A stretch of DNA of 58,376 nucleotides from Girardia tigrina. Its lineage: Eukaryota. The position numbers and the translations under genes are program-made. Shown one piece after another: positions 1 through 13,573 of the stretch. The stretch lies in NCBI GenBank assembly GCA_001938485.1, contig MQRK01248166.1, positions 1 through 58,376 on the forward strand. The letters are read 5' to 3'. The number at the start of each line of letters is the position of its first letter. Within the stretch, counting starts at the first letter, position 1. Below the pieces are notes generated by a model. It had not been told where the DNA came from and made no database searches. It was given only the letters and a program-made list of their open reading frames with translations.

Positions 1-3
1 GTT

Positions 4-524
4 GTGGTGGAGTCGATGCCAGATTTATTGCGGTATCAAATGGTCAATACGGATGTTATAGATGATTTACTTGCGTTTTTGAAAGTCGATGATTCCCGAG
101 CCAAATCTGTTGTGATCGGCTGTTTGTTTCAAATTTTTGATGCTCAAGGATTGCATGGATTGAAGGATCAATCATCTTTAACGCCAAAAATGGTTATGTT
201 AATGGCCAGCTTATTGATTGAGTCGTAATCAGTTTTGAATGCGATTTGATAACAACAATGGATTCCGGTTGGCTTTTCAATTTCGAGGCTTTCGAGAGAG
301 AGTGTTTTGCATTGTTTGCATTGTTGATGAGCGCCAACAATGACAATGTTTTGACCTTATTTAATTTGTTCAAAAAAGTTGAAGGACTCTTGCAATGGAT
401 GCAAAATGATAATAATCGTAAATGTTCAAATGTTGTTTATTGGTCCATGATTAGCAGTTATTGTGAATTGATGACCAATATTAAAGTGAAAACAAATAAA
501 GATATGAATTCCTGTTTGATATAA
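4..524 (+). CDS. 3' part of an unidentified host gene (two exon-like ORFs, helical-looking)
   Basis: Two consecutive ORFs (4-228, 246-524) with higher GC than the flanks and a possible GT..AG intron at ~225-287; no family recognised. Confidence 0.3.
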
Positions 525-902
525 TTTTGAAATCTTTTGATCACATTTCTCAAAATATACAATCTAAAAAATTAAGAACCTCTGCGGAGATACAACAAGA
601 CTTTAAAATAAATTAAGATGAACTAAAACCCAAGAATAAAATGTTTTTTTTATTTAAAAATCCTTGCAGGTTAATGTGACATTCATCTGAAAACCAAATA
701 TTCCATGCAACAAATTAAACTAAGAAATGTAAAAAATAATGGCAATTTATATTCTTTATTAAAAACTTAACGCCATTAAAAATGAAAAAATTTAATATCA
801 TAACGATTTTTTTAATAATTATAAATTCAATTATTAAAATATACAAAAACAATATTATTAATAAATTATTTGTTAAAAAATTCCAGAAAGCAAATTACTA
901 AC

Positions 903-1065
903 TATAATTTGAGAGAAATTGGAATTGAAAATAAAGCATTGTAACTCTAAATTTTTTCCAGTGGTTGAAGTGATATATTCCGGTCCAGGATTGCTGAAGC
1001 ACGGTCCACTTTGCCAATTGCAATCTTTATTTGGAAATCGAAAACTCATTCTTCCATCAACTGAT
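903..1065 (-). CDS. Possible isolated host exon (Cys/Trp-containing, extracellular-like)
   Basis: Minus strand reads DGRMSFRFPNKDCNWQSGPCFSNPGPEYITSTTGKNLELQCFIFNSNFSQNY between a tcag acceptor and a gtagt donor-like site. Confidence 0.25.
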
Positions 1066-1571
1066 AATTAATTGTCAATTAATAAATGAATGAAATATAT
1101 AAAGTAAACCTTAAAAATCTTTTTCATGAGAAATACATTAAGGATATTTAAATATTATCAGTTTTATAATGATTTAAATTTCTAGAAAATGAGTTCTGAT
1201 AATGAAAAATCTAGAAGATAATTCTTGTAATAAATTTAAAGAATTAATTTGTATAATTGCACATGACTAACAGTAAAACTACTCGTTAGATGTGTTTGGA
1301 ACATCTCCTAAATTATCGATGTTAAACATCTGTTTTCATATTTTTATTAATCCAAAAAATATACTAATACTTCTAATTTAAACAAATTTAATCGAAATTA
1401 AAATCATTTGTTTTTTTTAATTTTAGACAAATTATTTTTTTCATAAATCTTAAACCGCATGCTTTATAAATCTTAAACTGGTATAAATAAAATACTTATA
1501 ATATTAATAATTTATTTTATTTTTTTAAATTTTGCCTTAAATAAATTTCATCAATTTTAATTTACGATAAT

Positions 1572-1873
1572 TGTAGCCCCAGCAGTCCCTCAGATTGATC
1601 CATCTCCAGACTACTTAAAGTCCAGATCGTTTCTGGTCGAAGACCGTACTCAATCGTCGGCCCATCCTCTAAAATACAGCCGGTTCTCTCAATCACACCC
1701 AGACAGTGGGGGCACGCTTATCTTATTGTCGTTTTCGACAGGTTTTTGACAGTGTACTGACTCGAAGAAATAAAATAAGAGGATGTAACCAAGTGTCGGT
1801 GGAAATCCAAATCGAGGACGACTTTCTTATTCGGTGATAAAGTGCCATTTATTTCCAGAAGGAAGAACAAACA
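1572..1873. mobile_element. Candidate solo LTR
   Basis: ~300 bp GC-elevated island with TG...CA ends and an internal AATAAA; no matching target-site duplication found. Confidence 0.25.
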
Positions 1874-3156
1874 TCTTTGTCTTATAGCACTTTTTATTTT
1901 TAAAAATTGACAAATTTTATACGTTTAAACAAGCGTCTTAATATTTGCAATTTTTATTAATTACTATCACTTAATTTTTTTTAGTTTTTTATTTCTGTTT
2001 CAATTATAGGAGCATGACAAAAACATGATAAAATATTTAAACATTTCGTGAAATTTTATTAATTAAAAATATCTATTTTCATTCTCTAATAATTACATTT
2101 AATCAAATTTTATAATTTTAAATTATAAGAACATTTACAGTTATTTAGTTTCATTTAATTTTATTAATTTTAAAATGTCTTTTACAATCATCAAACAATT
2201 ACATCTTTTGAAGTTTTCTACATTTTAATTAGTTAATTTAATTATTCATTATTTCAAAAATTTTGATAACATTTCTTAATCCCTAACAACACTGTTGCCA
2301 CTTGAGAAATTTTTCAAAAAATTGAAAACAATACTTAAATAATTAACATAAAAATTCAACCTCATAAATTCTAAATCTACCATTTCATGAGTCGAAGGTT
2401 TTAGAGTTAATACTTGTTAAATACAAATCTTGGATATCACTAAATAATTTGCCCGGTATAAGGAGGGGTAAATTTGTTAAAGTATTTAATTTATAAAGAA
2501 ACAATTTTGTAAAGCCATTTATTAATTTCAGTTAACATCCATTGCTCAAAGAATATCATCAGGTGTTGCGTTTTTTGAAGATCTTGGTCTCTGTCTTCAA
2601 TGTACGCAAAAGCTGATGAGAGTATTGGTTAGTTAACTGATTTTTGCAACAGAATATCTATTCAAAACTATATAAAAATTAGATAATAAAGATTTAGAAG
2701 GCAATGATGAGTTAAAATGTGACGATGGAGGTACAAATATTCGTTATTAAACATTTACATCTTCCATGTGTAAATCAACTATTTTAAAATCTCTAAATTT
2801 TAATTTTAAATAATAATTAAAATAATAATTAATAATAACTTTCTTTAACTATTTAAATATCAAAGTTTACAGTATTAAATAAGAACTTATAATTTAAATA
2901 TATTCTTTATTTGTTTGTAAAAGTACAATGATTCTGTAATTTATAATTTATATGTACTGAAAAAATATATTTTTATGTACTTTATTTATATTTTTATTTA
3001 TTTATTAAAAATAAACCTATCTATTTTAAGCATCAAAATCTGAATGATGTTTGCATCCTAACTAACCCTACCCCTGTGTCAACTATTACACGTTTGTACC
3101 CTTCGGTAAAAGCTGCTGTACATTAAAGAAATTATTATCATTATTACCCAGTAATA

Positions 3157-4370
3157 TTAGGGTGAGTCATAAGTTGTGGGGCACTTTTTATTAAAAATTA
3201 AAATGTTCATAAAACAACGCACAATAAAGATTATGATTCGAAATAAAGTCCATTATGTTCAATACATTGTACGCAACGTTCTGCAAGTTGTTCTATTCCG
3301 CGTGGATACCATGTTTTGTCTTTAGAAGTAAAAAATTCTCGACACCCATTATCGACGTCGTCGATATCGGAAAAGCTCCTTCCCTTCAAAAAATGCGACA
3401 TAGCTCGGAAAAGATGAAAATCCGAAGGCGCTAAATCAGGACTATAGGCAGGAGGTGGAAGAAGTTCGATAGCTTCGAGTTCCTCTATTTTACGACGTGT
3501 CAAAGCAGCGGTGTGGGGAGATGCGTTGTCTTGTTGCAGTATCAACTGCTTTCGGTTTATCAATGCCGGATATNNNNNNNNNNNNNNNNNNNNNNNNNNN
3601 NNNNNNNNNNNNNNNNNNNNNNNNNNNNNNNNNNNNNNNNNNNNNNNNNNNNNNNNNNNNNNNNNNNNNNNNNNNNNNNNNNNNNNNNNNNNNNNNNNNN
3701 NNNNNNNNNNNNNNNNNNNNNNNNNNNNNNNNNNNNNNNNNNNNNNNNNNNNNNNNNNNNNNNNNNNNNNNNNNNNNNNNNNNNNNNNNNNNNNNNNNNN
3801 NNNNNNNNNNNNNNNNNNNNNNNNNNNNNNNNNNNNNNNNNNNNNNNNNNNNNNNNNNNNNNNNNNNNNNNNNNNNNNNNNNNNNNNNNNNNNNNNNNNN
3901 NNNNNNNNNNNNNNNNNNNNNNNNNNNNNNNNNNNNNNNNNNNNNNNNNNNNNNNNNNNNNNNNNNNNNNNNNNNNNNNNNNNNNNNNNNNNNNNNNNNN
4001 NNNNNNNNNNNNNNNNNNNNNNNNNNNNNNNNNNNNNNNNNNNNNNNNNNNNNNNNNNNNNNNNNNNNNNNNNNNNNNNNNNNNNNNNNNNNNNNNNNNN
4101 NNNNNNNNNNNNNNNNNNNNNNNNNNNNNNNNNNNNNNNNNNNNNNNNNNNNNNNNNNNNNNNNNNNNNNNNNNNNNNNNNNNNNNNNNNNNNNNNNNNN
4201 NNNNNNNNNNNNNNNNNNNNNNNNNNNNNNNNNNNNNNNNNNNNNNNNNNNNNNNNTTTATGAGCTTTATTACGATATACAAATTCAATTAATATCGATT
4301 CGACAATTCATGTTGTAATTAAAGATAATTACTTTGGAAAGAGTGCCCCACAACTTATGACTCACCCTAA
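3157..4370 (-). mobile_element. Mariner DNA transposon (middle in assembly gap)
   Basis: TIRs TTAGGGTGAGTCATAAGTTGTGGGGCAC at both ends with TA duplication; transposase C-terminus 3231-3563 with QDNASPH and YSPDLAPSDF. Confidence 0.95.
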
Positions 4371-4384
4371 TATTGCCAGTTGTA

Positions 4385-4495
4385 CTGTATGAGAGGTAAA
4401 TTTAAATTTTTATCTCGCCTGAATAATTCATTATTTTTTTGATTTAAAGGGTAAAATATTTTTATGTTAATATGCTTATTCAATATTTTAAAGGA
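4385..4495 (+). repeat. Unclassified dispersed repeat, copy 1 of 3
   Basis: tatgag(a/g)gg(t)taatttaaatttttatctcgcc(t/a)gaataattt... recurs at ~56463 and ~58259. Confidence 0.75.
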
Positions 4496-5379
4496 TTCCA
4501 GTGACTCCCAAAGTATTGGTATTTATAGTAGAAATAATATATCAAATATTATAGACGTAGTGATAGACGATGAAAAGAATGTTGAGATAAGTGAAGCAAG
4601 AGTAAATGATAAAGTACGGAAAATTATAAAGAAAGAAACTATTCATGATTTCGGAGCCGCGATTTATATAGGGACACTCATGGATTTTCAAGCTAATAAA
4701 AAGTATCAAAAATGTTTGGAGTTGAAACAAAAAAAACTTCATATGTATGGCTTATCTTCGAAAAAGTGATGGAAAGATTGTACGGAGAAATATGTTATCG
4801 TTCTCGACGTCTTTGAACCCTGACACGACTTTACATTCTATCGATAATTGTTTTATAAAATGTAACAAATGAAGATTAAACTTATTAAAACTAAAACACT
4901 GTTTTTTTTTAGTTTAATAAATGATTCGGTGAATTAGTTTTTGTTTTAGAAAATGAGCTTTGCAGATATATAAGCATGATTTGCCAGGTAGCTTCAGAGA
5001 CTTTACAGTTTCCATGTGCCCAGACGCGATCGAGACAATGTCCCCTCAACATTGTCGTAATACGGATAAATGGACTAAAAGTATATTCGACTCAAAAGCC
5101 ACGACTCATATGCAAAGTAAATAAGAAAAAAACATTAGTAATAAAAAGCAAATGATAAAATTTAGAAAGAAATTTAAAAAATCATTTTGAAAAATTTTAG
5201 CGTATTCGTACATGTTGATAAAAAATTAGCCTTAAAACAAATTAATTAATTAATAAAAGAGATGATCCATAAATTTTATTTATTTAAAATATGTTATGTG
5301 CACTTTATTATGCACAAGCCTTAACTGCATTTCTCAATTTGTAGCCACCTTTCATGCTCATTCAAAAAGTGACGCGACC

Positions 5380-5667
5380 GTTCTTGACCCGGTCTCCAAC
5401 CAATCAGGATTTGAGGCTTGGTTTGTGCATATTTTTGAGTGTATAATTAGGCAAGTAACCTGGTGGCACCTATCTTCTCTTAATGTATCGATGGTCATTC
5501 AAGTAAGGTCAGCCAAGCATACCTGCAACAGCTTCAAACATGTACTACCTTTCCCATGGTCTGATGGTTGACGACTAAACCAGCTGCCTCACCCAGAGCA
5601 ACCTGGGGGAAGAGGGTATGTGGACACCCACAGGATGGAAAAAAAAACCTGGCATAGAGCGGATGAG
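5380..5667 (+). mobile_element. Fragment resembling an RTE-clade LINE 5' UTR
   Basis: GC-elevated segment with gacgactaaaccagctgcctcacccagagcaacctggg...cacaggatggaaaaa...gcggatga, recalled as RTE 5'UTR-like; not verified by search. Confidence 0.45.
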
Positions 5668-7189
5668 ATTTTTATATTTTGCTGAAGAAATTTCTTAAAT
5701 GTGCAAAAATTTACTAATATTTACTATAAATAAATAAAAAATGATATTTTGTCATCCAAATCATAAAATATCTTTCTCTTTTTACATTATTTTTCTCTTT
5801 AATAACTTATCAAAAGTATTTTGTTTTGTGATTTTGAGAGCACCTAATAAAATACAATTTATCAATTAAAGCAATTAAGTTTTTCTATGATTTATTTAAG
5901 GTTTTAATTGAATTTTCTTCAACTTAAAATTGTTTTCTCAATAAATTTTGATTGTTTAAATATCTTTTAATGACAAGAAAAAGATTTTAAAACACTTATT
6001 ATTTATTATAAAATGAGCAAAAATAAGTTTTGAAAATCACTTAAAATCCTATTCCAAATAAATTGATCAAAGATCCTCAAATACATTTGAAAATTGAAAT
6101 TGTTAATTAAAAAAAATGTTTCTTTGACAAACTTATCTCACACAAAAATAATATTAATTAAAAGGTAATATAACTTAACTTCTACATAACTCCTTGATCA
6201 TAAGGATCACTATATTATATTTAATATAAAATTTCAAATTATCTTTCCATAAATTATTCCACGTGAAGTTTCATTATTTATATTAATTATCTTATATCTT
6301 TGTTAATGGAATATACTGATTATTGTTCAAAGTAATTTCAAAGAAATTTCATGATAAAATTAAAAAAAATGCTGTTGATTTCCACAAAAAATAAAATAAT
6401 AATAACTATTAATAATAATTGTCTTAATTTTTATATATAAAATATATTATATATAATATATTATATATATATATATATTCTTTATTTGTTAATTAGGCAA
6501 AAAGTACCGAAAAATTTGCTTCAGTTTGTTGAAATGGTGTCATTGCCAAATTCATGAACTATTCAAATTTAAAAATGAGAAATTATAAATGTTATATAAA
6601 TTTCTCAATTTAAAATGAAACAAATATTAATTTAATATGAAATTTATGAAATCAATATTAAAAATTCAGCATTTAATTTGAAAAATTATGTATTTAATAT
6701 GAAAAATAATAAATTGAATATGAAAACAAATTTCAACTTAATATGCATAATAGATTTCAAATGTAATATTTTATATACATAGTTATTATAACTTCTTCCT
6801 TGTGAGTAACTATAGTAATACCAGCAAAAGTTGCCAATTTACATGTATTCCTAATACAATAAGACTGATGCTTATTTACACTTTCATCATTATTTTCATT
6901 TTTTAGTGTTCGGATTACATGTTCCTCAACCTCCTTACTCCAAATACGTTTACCTTTATCTTTCATAATATTTATATAAAGTTAGAAAAATTTGAATCAT
7001 ACGACTTCAAAACAGCAAATCATGTTGTTAAAATTTTTAAGTAGTGCTTAAATAACAATATGTATACAAATAAGCAAATTGAACAAAACATTAAGGTCAC
7101 ACTAAATAAAATATACATGCAGAATAACACACAAAAACGCATAGAAAATGACTATTAAAAAACACAAAATTATTCCTAAATTTCTATAT

Positions 7190-7810
7190 TCAGAAGGATT
7201 TAGAGCGTTTAAAAACATTATTCATAAAAACACCGATGAAATAAGAATCATATTGATCACGTCTAAAGTGACCAGCTTCTTCAATTTAATTGTCATCGGT
7301 GCCAAAGCTCGTACATTGGAGAGACACAACATCATCTCATAACCCGGGTTAGTGAATATTCCCTGCCCAGTCGATCGAGTAAGGTGCTTGATTACTGCAG
7401 ATGTTGTAAGGATATTAACTCACCGATTTTGAGAAATGAGTTCTCCATTTTACAAAATAAATTTGATTCACACTACGAACAGCAGTTTTGTGAATCATTG
7501 TTGATCAGGCACTATAATTCATTGATTTAACATTCAAAGTTGACAATGTAAAGCCGCCTTAATTTTAAATATCTTTCATAATTTAAAATTCAAAATTTTG
7601 ACCCATAATCTCTTTAAAATATAATTAATTTGGGTTGTTACTATTTATAGAAAATTTTAAATTAAATTATAATCAATTTAAATGAAAATACTATTAAAAT
7701 TTAGAATAAAACTAAATTATTTTATCAATTTTAGGAAACTTTAGATTACAATTAAAAATTGCTGAAGATGATGTGAAAATACACCGAAACATGTTTGGAA
7801 TAATAAGAAG
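7190..7810 (+). mobile_element. Penelope-like element 3' remnant (GIY-YIG endonuclease plus pLTR)
   Basis: Translates QFNCHRCQSSYIGETQHHLITRVSE...NEFSIL...ESLLIRH, followed by a hammerhead motif at ~7762. Confidence 0.8.
7755..7802 (+). ncRNA. Minimal type I hammerhead ribozyme motif (degenerate)
   Basis: CTGAAGA-t-gatgt(gaaaat)acacc-GAAAC-ATGTT; palindromic stem III ACATGT; stem I weak. Confidence 0.6.
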
Positions 7811-8118
7811 TGCTTTAATATATACAGTGCTAAACATAAGTTTAAGAACAACAAAATTAAATCTAATTTTTTAATCATCTTCGGTATTTGTTTACTTTAA
7901 CTTTAAATAATAGGCACTAAGTTTTGTTTTTCCTCAAGTTTTTCCAAAAGCTAGAATTGGGCGAAGAAGTTGATCATTTTGTCGAAGATCTTTGACGTTA
8001 CTGGTCATCTAGGTAAGTAACTCTAATTTATAAAATTATATATTATTGAATATTATATTATACATGGCTTACTACAGCGTTTACCTTTATGCAAGTCAAT
8101 TTTTATTCACTTTTTCTA

Positions 8119-9028
8119 TTAGATTGTCCTAAAAGTTCCCGGTAAAGAATGAAAATACAATTTTTTGAGCAAGAATTTATTTTAAATAAATAGCAATTAA
8201 TCTTCAAAGTACAGTCCATCGTTTTCGATTACTTTTTGCCAACGGTCTGCAAGCTTTCAGATATGGTCAAAGTACCATTCCGGCTGCTTCGAATTGAAGA
8301 ACTCTTGACATGCTTCTTCAACTTCGTCGAATGCTTCGAATCGGCGGCCTTTCAAGAAGTGTTGCACGGATCGAAAGAGGCCATAGTCGGATGGAGCGCA
8401 ATCAGGGCTGCAAGTAGGATGAGACAGGATTTCGACTCCCTCCAACTCTTGGAACCTACCCGTGGTCTTCTTTCCGGTATTCGGTTTGGCATTGTATTGC
8501 TGAAGTAGTACACGTTTTCGGTTGATTAAGGCAGGGTACTTCTCCTTGAGCTTCTTGTAGACATGGTCCAGCTGTTGACAATAGAGTTCTGCATTGATGA
8601 CCTGGTCGTTCTGAACCAACTCAAAGTGCACGACTTCCTCAAAGTTCCACCAGACGCACAACAGGATTTTCAAGCAAAATCGATCTTGTTTTGGAATTGA
8701 CGGTGTTGCTTGACCCGTTGAAACCCATCGCTTATCTCGGTTGTGGTTGACCAAGTAGACCCACTTCTCATCTGACGTCACAATTCGTTTCCAAAATCGG
8801 TCATCTCGTGGATTCTGTAGCAGTTGTCGGTAGATTTGGACTTTTTATCGGCCTGTGATTTAATGAGTTCGTATGGATCTTGACACGGTTTCTTGTGCAC
8901 AAAGTTGAGCTGCTTCAAATGTCAATGTACGGTTGACTTGCCAACTTCAAGCTTAAATGCCAAATCGCGAGTGCTTGACGAAGGCTTCATGTTCAACTCT
9001 GCTTGCAAGTCATCATTATCCATCGTTA
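8119..9028 (-). mobile_element. Mariner transposon lacking its 5' end
   Basis: TA plus TTAGATTGTCCTAAAAGTT end; ORF 8257-8781 with TSDEKW, CVWW and SPDCAPSDY. Confidence 0.9.
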
Positions 9029-9480
9029 ATCTACAGGAATCAGGTGTGAAGGTCAGTAGGATGACCATCAGCAGGCGTTTAAAATTGTTGATCCTATCAG
9101 TCTACAACCTAGCAAGAAAGCCAATAATAGCAAAAGCGATGAAAATGAAGCACCTCCACTTTGTAAATCAACACAGACATTGTACAGAAAACAACAAACA
9201 TAAAGTGTTGTGGTCAGATGAATGTTCACTTACTCAGTTTGGGGGACGTGTTTTACCTGTGAGAAGGTCTATTGGAGCCCGATATATCGAAGGGTAAACA
9301 ATACCAACGATGAAACATCCTGCTTCAATAATGATTTGGGGATGTGTGAGCAGCTATTGGTGTGGGGCTTTGATGATCTTGGAAAAAAATGTATGAATGA
9401 ATTCCAAGAAATATACTGACATGCTAGAGACCAAGCTTAAGATGTTCATGGGGATTCACCAGTGCAACCGTTTTTATGCA
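9029..9480 (+). mobile_element. Tc1-type transposase fragment fused directly to the mariner fragment
   Basis: ARKP...VLWSDE...KHPASIMIWGC motifs. Confidence 0.85.
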
Positions 9481-9644
9481 CGATTCGACACATGTGGTAC
9501 GAAGCATTCTGGAATGTTTCATCAACCAAAGGCAATTTAGTTTCACATCAATCACTTTTTTTCAAATGATTTCTCATAAATACTTTCCAAATCAGTAGGA
9601 GAAAAATGGGCATTCTCCACTAAAACAAAATATTGATTTTTCAG

Positions 9645-9854
9645 CACTTTTCGGATGATGTTGATATTGAATCTGACGATTCATACAAGAGTTTCTATCC
9701 ATGTATTCAGACAGATTTTCAATATCCTACTACCTTCGACCTCTATACCCTATGGGCATTCTCCACGACTTTACCATATAAAACACAATGTTACAAAAAT
9801 CGATATGTGTGCTTTTTTTCAAAAATCTTCTGGAAAAAACATTCTGACAATTGA
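9645..9854 (+). pseudogene. Exon-like segment paralogous to 11473-11610
   Basis: tttcag|HFSDDVDIESDDSY...LWAF versus tttaag|H-FENVDMESECTYMDSY...PWAL. Confidence 0.4.
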
Positions 9855-10031
9855 CATATAGGTTTCTATCCTTTAGGAGTTTTATACATGTAATTTTTAC
9901 ATATAATAGAAAAGGTTATTTATCTTAATAACGGTAACAAAGGTATTTTTATTGTTAATAGGTACATTAGACAATTCATGAGATATTGTTTGATGGTAAA
10001 TAACATACATATAAGACATGGGTTTCATATA

Positions 10032-11447
10032 TACTGATTGTCAAATTTATTTGTACACTTCATTTTTCCTATAAAAATCGTTTATACGAAATACTTATAT
10101 AAATAAATTTTAATTTTGTAATTTATTTAATTTGTTTAAATACCATGTCAAATATTGTAAAAATGTTACATTGAAAAACGCCAGATTTTTTAATACAGTG
10201 ATTTATTTTTATGAACAGGTTAACAATTAAACAAATATCCGTGTTTTTTAAAGACTGTACACATACGACTTCTGAAAGATTTATACAAATCTAGAATTGT
10301 TCCACGTTGATACTTATTAAGATGATTTATACAAAAAAGTGATTTTTTGCACAAAATCATCTTTACATCTTTCCGTCATAAACCAAATCAGATAGCCTTT
10401 TCCAGCAATCCTCAACAATATTAAGGTCTGGACTCTTTGAAGGCCACTCAATGACACGTATTTCTGTTCTTTTCATGTATTCTTTAACTTTTATACTTTT
10501 TTGCAGAGGGCAATTGTCTTCCTGGAAGTACTAATCTTTCATATAATTTAATCATTGGATCATTTTCTGATAATAGCTTTATACATCTATCGGAATTTAA
10601 AATTCAATTGATCACTTTGAATAACAACACACCGTTTGGCATTGTTATCATCCAAACCATAACACCACCATCTTTACATTGTCGTTTTATGTGATATTCT
10701 TTAGATGATGGCAGCATATAAGATCTCTAGTCGTCTGGACCATCTAATGAAAATCGTTTCTCGTCTGAAAATATTGTTTTTTTTAGACTTATGATTGATG
10801 GATATCCATGATTCTATGCATTTCACGCGTTTCTGTTTCTGAATTTTTGTCAAATCAATTTTGGATGATATCAGTTTGTATTTGAAACCGCATTTTTATA
10901 ACTTTCTTTGTACTGTTCTTTGTGATGCTGTAATTTCACATGCATTTATTAATTTGAGAATATTTATCTTTTCACTCTTCTCGTAAAAACCAGAAATTGC
11001 TCTTTTCATTTGTAGCATAACAACTTTATCAATTTTTGTCTTCATCTTTATGTACTTTACTTGATATTTGCACAAGTTTACTGCTGAAACATTCAATCTT
11101 TTGGTTATTTCTAACTAACTTAAGCCAACAGATTTCCAGGTAATGACCAATTTTCTTACTGTCATTTCGTGCATAATGTAAACTCTATTATACATAATAT
11201 CAAAATAAATTAAAATTAAAGTTAATGACTTACTTTATAAATTTTAAAATAAGGTATATTAAAATACTTTACGTTTTTAAATTTTACAATAAATATTATA
11301 TTATTTAAACAAATTAAATAAATTACAATTTGTTTATAAATTTAAAATAAATTTATAAGTATGTATTAATTTATTTATATAAGTATTTCGTATAAACGTT
11401 TTTTATATATGAAAAATGAAGTGTATTGATAAATTTGACGGTCAGTA
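10032..11447 (-). mobile_element. Tc1-like transposon, full length, decayed
   Basis: Long TIRs starting TACTGA(t/c) with TA duplication; minus strand has IFSDEKRFSLDGPD, FQEDN and WPSKSPDLNIVE. Confidence 0.9.
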
Positions 11448-13573
11448 TATATACTAAAAAATCAATTTTTAAGCACTTTTTGAAAATGTTGATATGGAAT
11501 CTGAATGTACGTATATGGATTCATATTCAAGTGAATCAGTACTTTTTTGATATTCTGCTTCATGGTATCTCTAAAATCCATGGGCTTTATGTGTAAATTT
11601 ACACTTTATGTTATTTATAGGAAAAAGTAATCAAAATATAAAAAATTCTAATTGCACATTCACATAGAAAATCAAAATGTGCATCAAATACATGATATCG
11701 ATTTTTGTCACAAGCACTTATAAAATTTTTTATGTATTGATATTTGCACTTTTGCACATGTGTAGCTTGAAAAGCTCTGCGCTTGCACATTAAAAATGTG
11801 TGGCACAATATGCACTATCGATTTTCACTTTAAAAATATCGATTGGCACTTTTGGACACTGTGTAGTGATCAATTAGCACTTTTTCTACGGTTGCTAAGG
11901 TAATTCGACTGCGAGAGAACCATGTGAGACGAATTTCCAGTTCCGGCTAAACCAGAAAACCCGAACAGAATCAATATTGATCCGGTTGGATACGTCACAA
12001 ACAAACAATTGGAAATCAGCTTGTAGATTTTTCAATGCGACAAAAATCAGCGAATTCCGATTTGTCCAGAATACTCAGTTATCGAACAGGAACAATCGAA
12101 TTATGTTATTTCAGTATATGATGTCACATTATACTCGATTGTTGCAATAATCAATTGATTCTTTGGCTTCTTTTTTTAAAGTTGTATGATTTGTGATTGT
12201 CCATACATATTTCTACGACAAATTAACACAACCTGATCTTGATTAATCGAATTCATCCGATTGTGAAACGACAGACAACAGATTATACTATATCATTTCC
12301 AATTTGCTAGCCAGTCTCTCTGTATAAAGCAACAGTAAATCTTCAGAAGACGAAAACAGCAATGAGATGACGAATATTTAATATATAAATTATCGAATTG
12401 ATCGATAATTATATTTATTAATTTCAATTTATATATATACTAAAAATATATAAAATAGCAGCTAGGCTACTAAAGCAAGCAACAGTAACAATTTCAGCTA
12501 TTTTCATTGTTACTGGAAAATGTTTACTCGAATCGTCTTTGGGCAACGCGAGGAATTTATAAATAAATATAAGGACATATAAATCATAATTCAAATTCCA
12601 AAAGAAGGGGTAACACTAGATCAATGTGCATTCTATTCCTCTCCATTAAACTCGTAAAGTGCATAAATTAATAAGTAATGTTAGTTTTGTTTGTAACATT
12701 ATTCCAAAAGTTATTTTTACTCAATTTTTTATATTTTAAATATTTAATTTTAAAAATCCTATCCTTTATTCAATTTAAAATTAGAAAAATAAATTTGTAT
12801 AAATATTAATAAGTTTTTTAATTGACTTCAAAATTTGACTAAAATAATTAATTTTAAAACTAATTAATTATATCTGTTTTGATCAACTCACATTTCTACT
12901 AAAATAATATTTTAATTCAAAATTATTTTTAAAGAATATTTTCAAATTCAAATTTAAAATATTTAAATATCATTCTAAGTTTTAAATTTAAATTTCAAAT
13001 TTGATTTTAATTCTAAATATTTTTTTTAATTATTTAAATTTCTATCAACGCAATGAAAATTAACAAACTTTTCATAAGTAATATAAAAATAAATATTTCT
13101 ATTTAAATTAGAATATACGTTTCATTATATTTATATTATTTTATAAACAGAATGTATAGTAATTTTATTTAAAAAAATGTATTTATCAGCAGTAAATAAA
13201 TTATATAATTTTGTTCTCAAATACAATAATACTGCAGCGTTTACATACAATTTTGATTTGGCTTTCTCTTTTCTCCTGCACTTCCCTCGTAATTTTGCAT
13301 TGAAGCATCTTCCGGGTGTACATTTGATCTTCTGATAAACACACGAAAAAAATTAAGGAACTTAAGAAAGTAATCTTGAGAGAGTATTTGAAAGAACTTC
13401 CTTACAACCCTCTCATGATTTATGATTTTTCCTGTTCAGATAATTGTAAATAATTTTGCTGAAATAAAACATACCGGCAATTTTTTTTAATTTAACTCAA
13501 CTTTAAATTATATAATTTAATTTAAAATTGGCTTTGGTTATTATTGGCTCGAAATACAGTTAAGCCAGAAATA

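Noticed and set aside
2610-2645. CTGATGAGAG motif
   Set aside because: No downstream stem II/GAAA arrangement
2532-2750. Possible ~25-nt micro-intron (gttag...aacag) hinting at a compact-intron organism
   Set aside because: Single instance, flanking frames unrecognised and interrupted; insufficient to infer taxon
3497-4318. Long ORFs of 240-270 aa in four frames
   Set aside because: Artefacts of the N gap (3574-4257)
6757-6966. ORF vaguely like a Ginger2-type integrase N-terminus
   Set aside because: No catalytic motifs or TIRs to support it
11890-12300. Possible non-standard genetic code explaining in-frame stops
   Set aside because: TAA, TAG and TGA all occur along with frameshifts, consistent with ordinary decay
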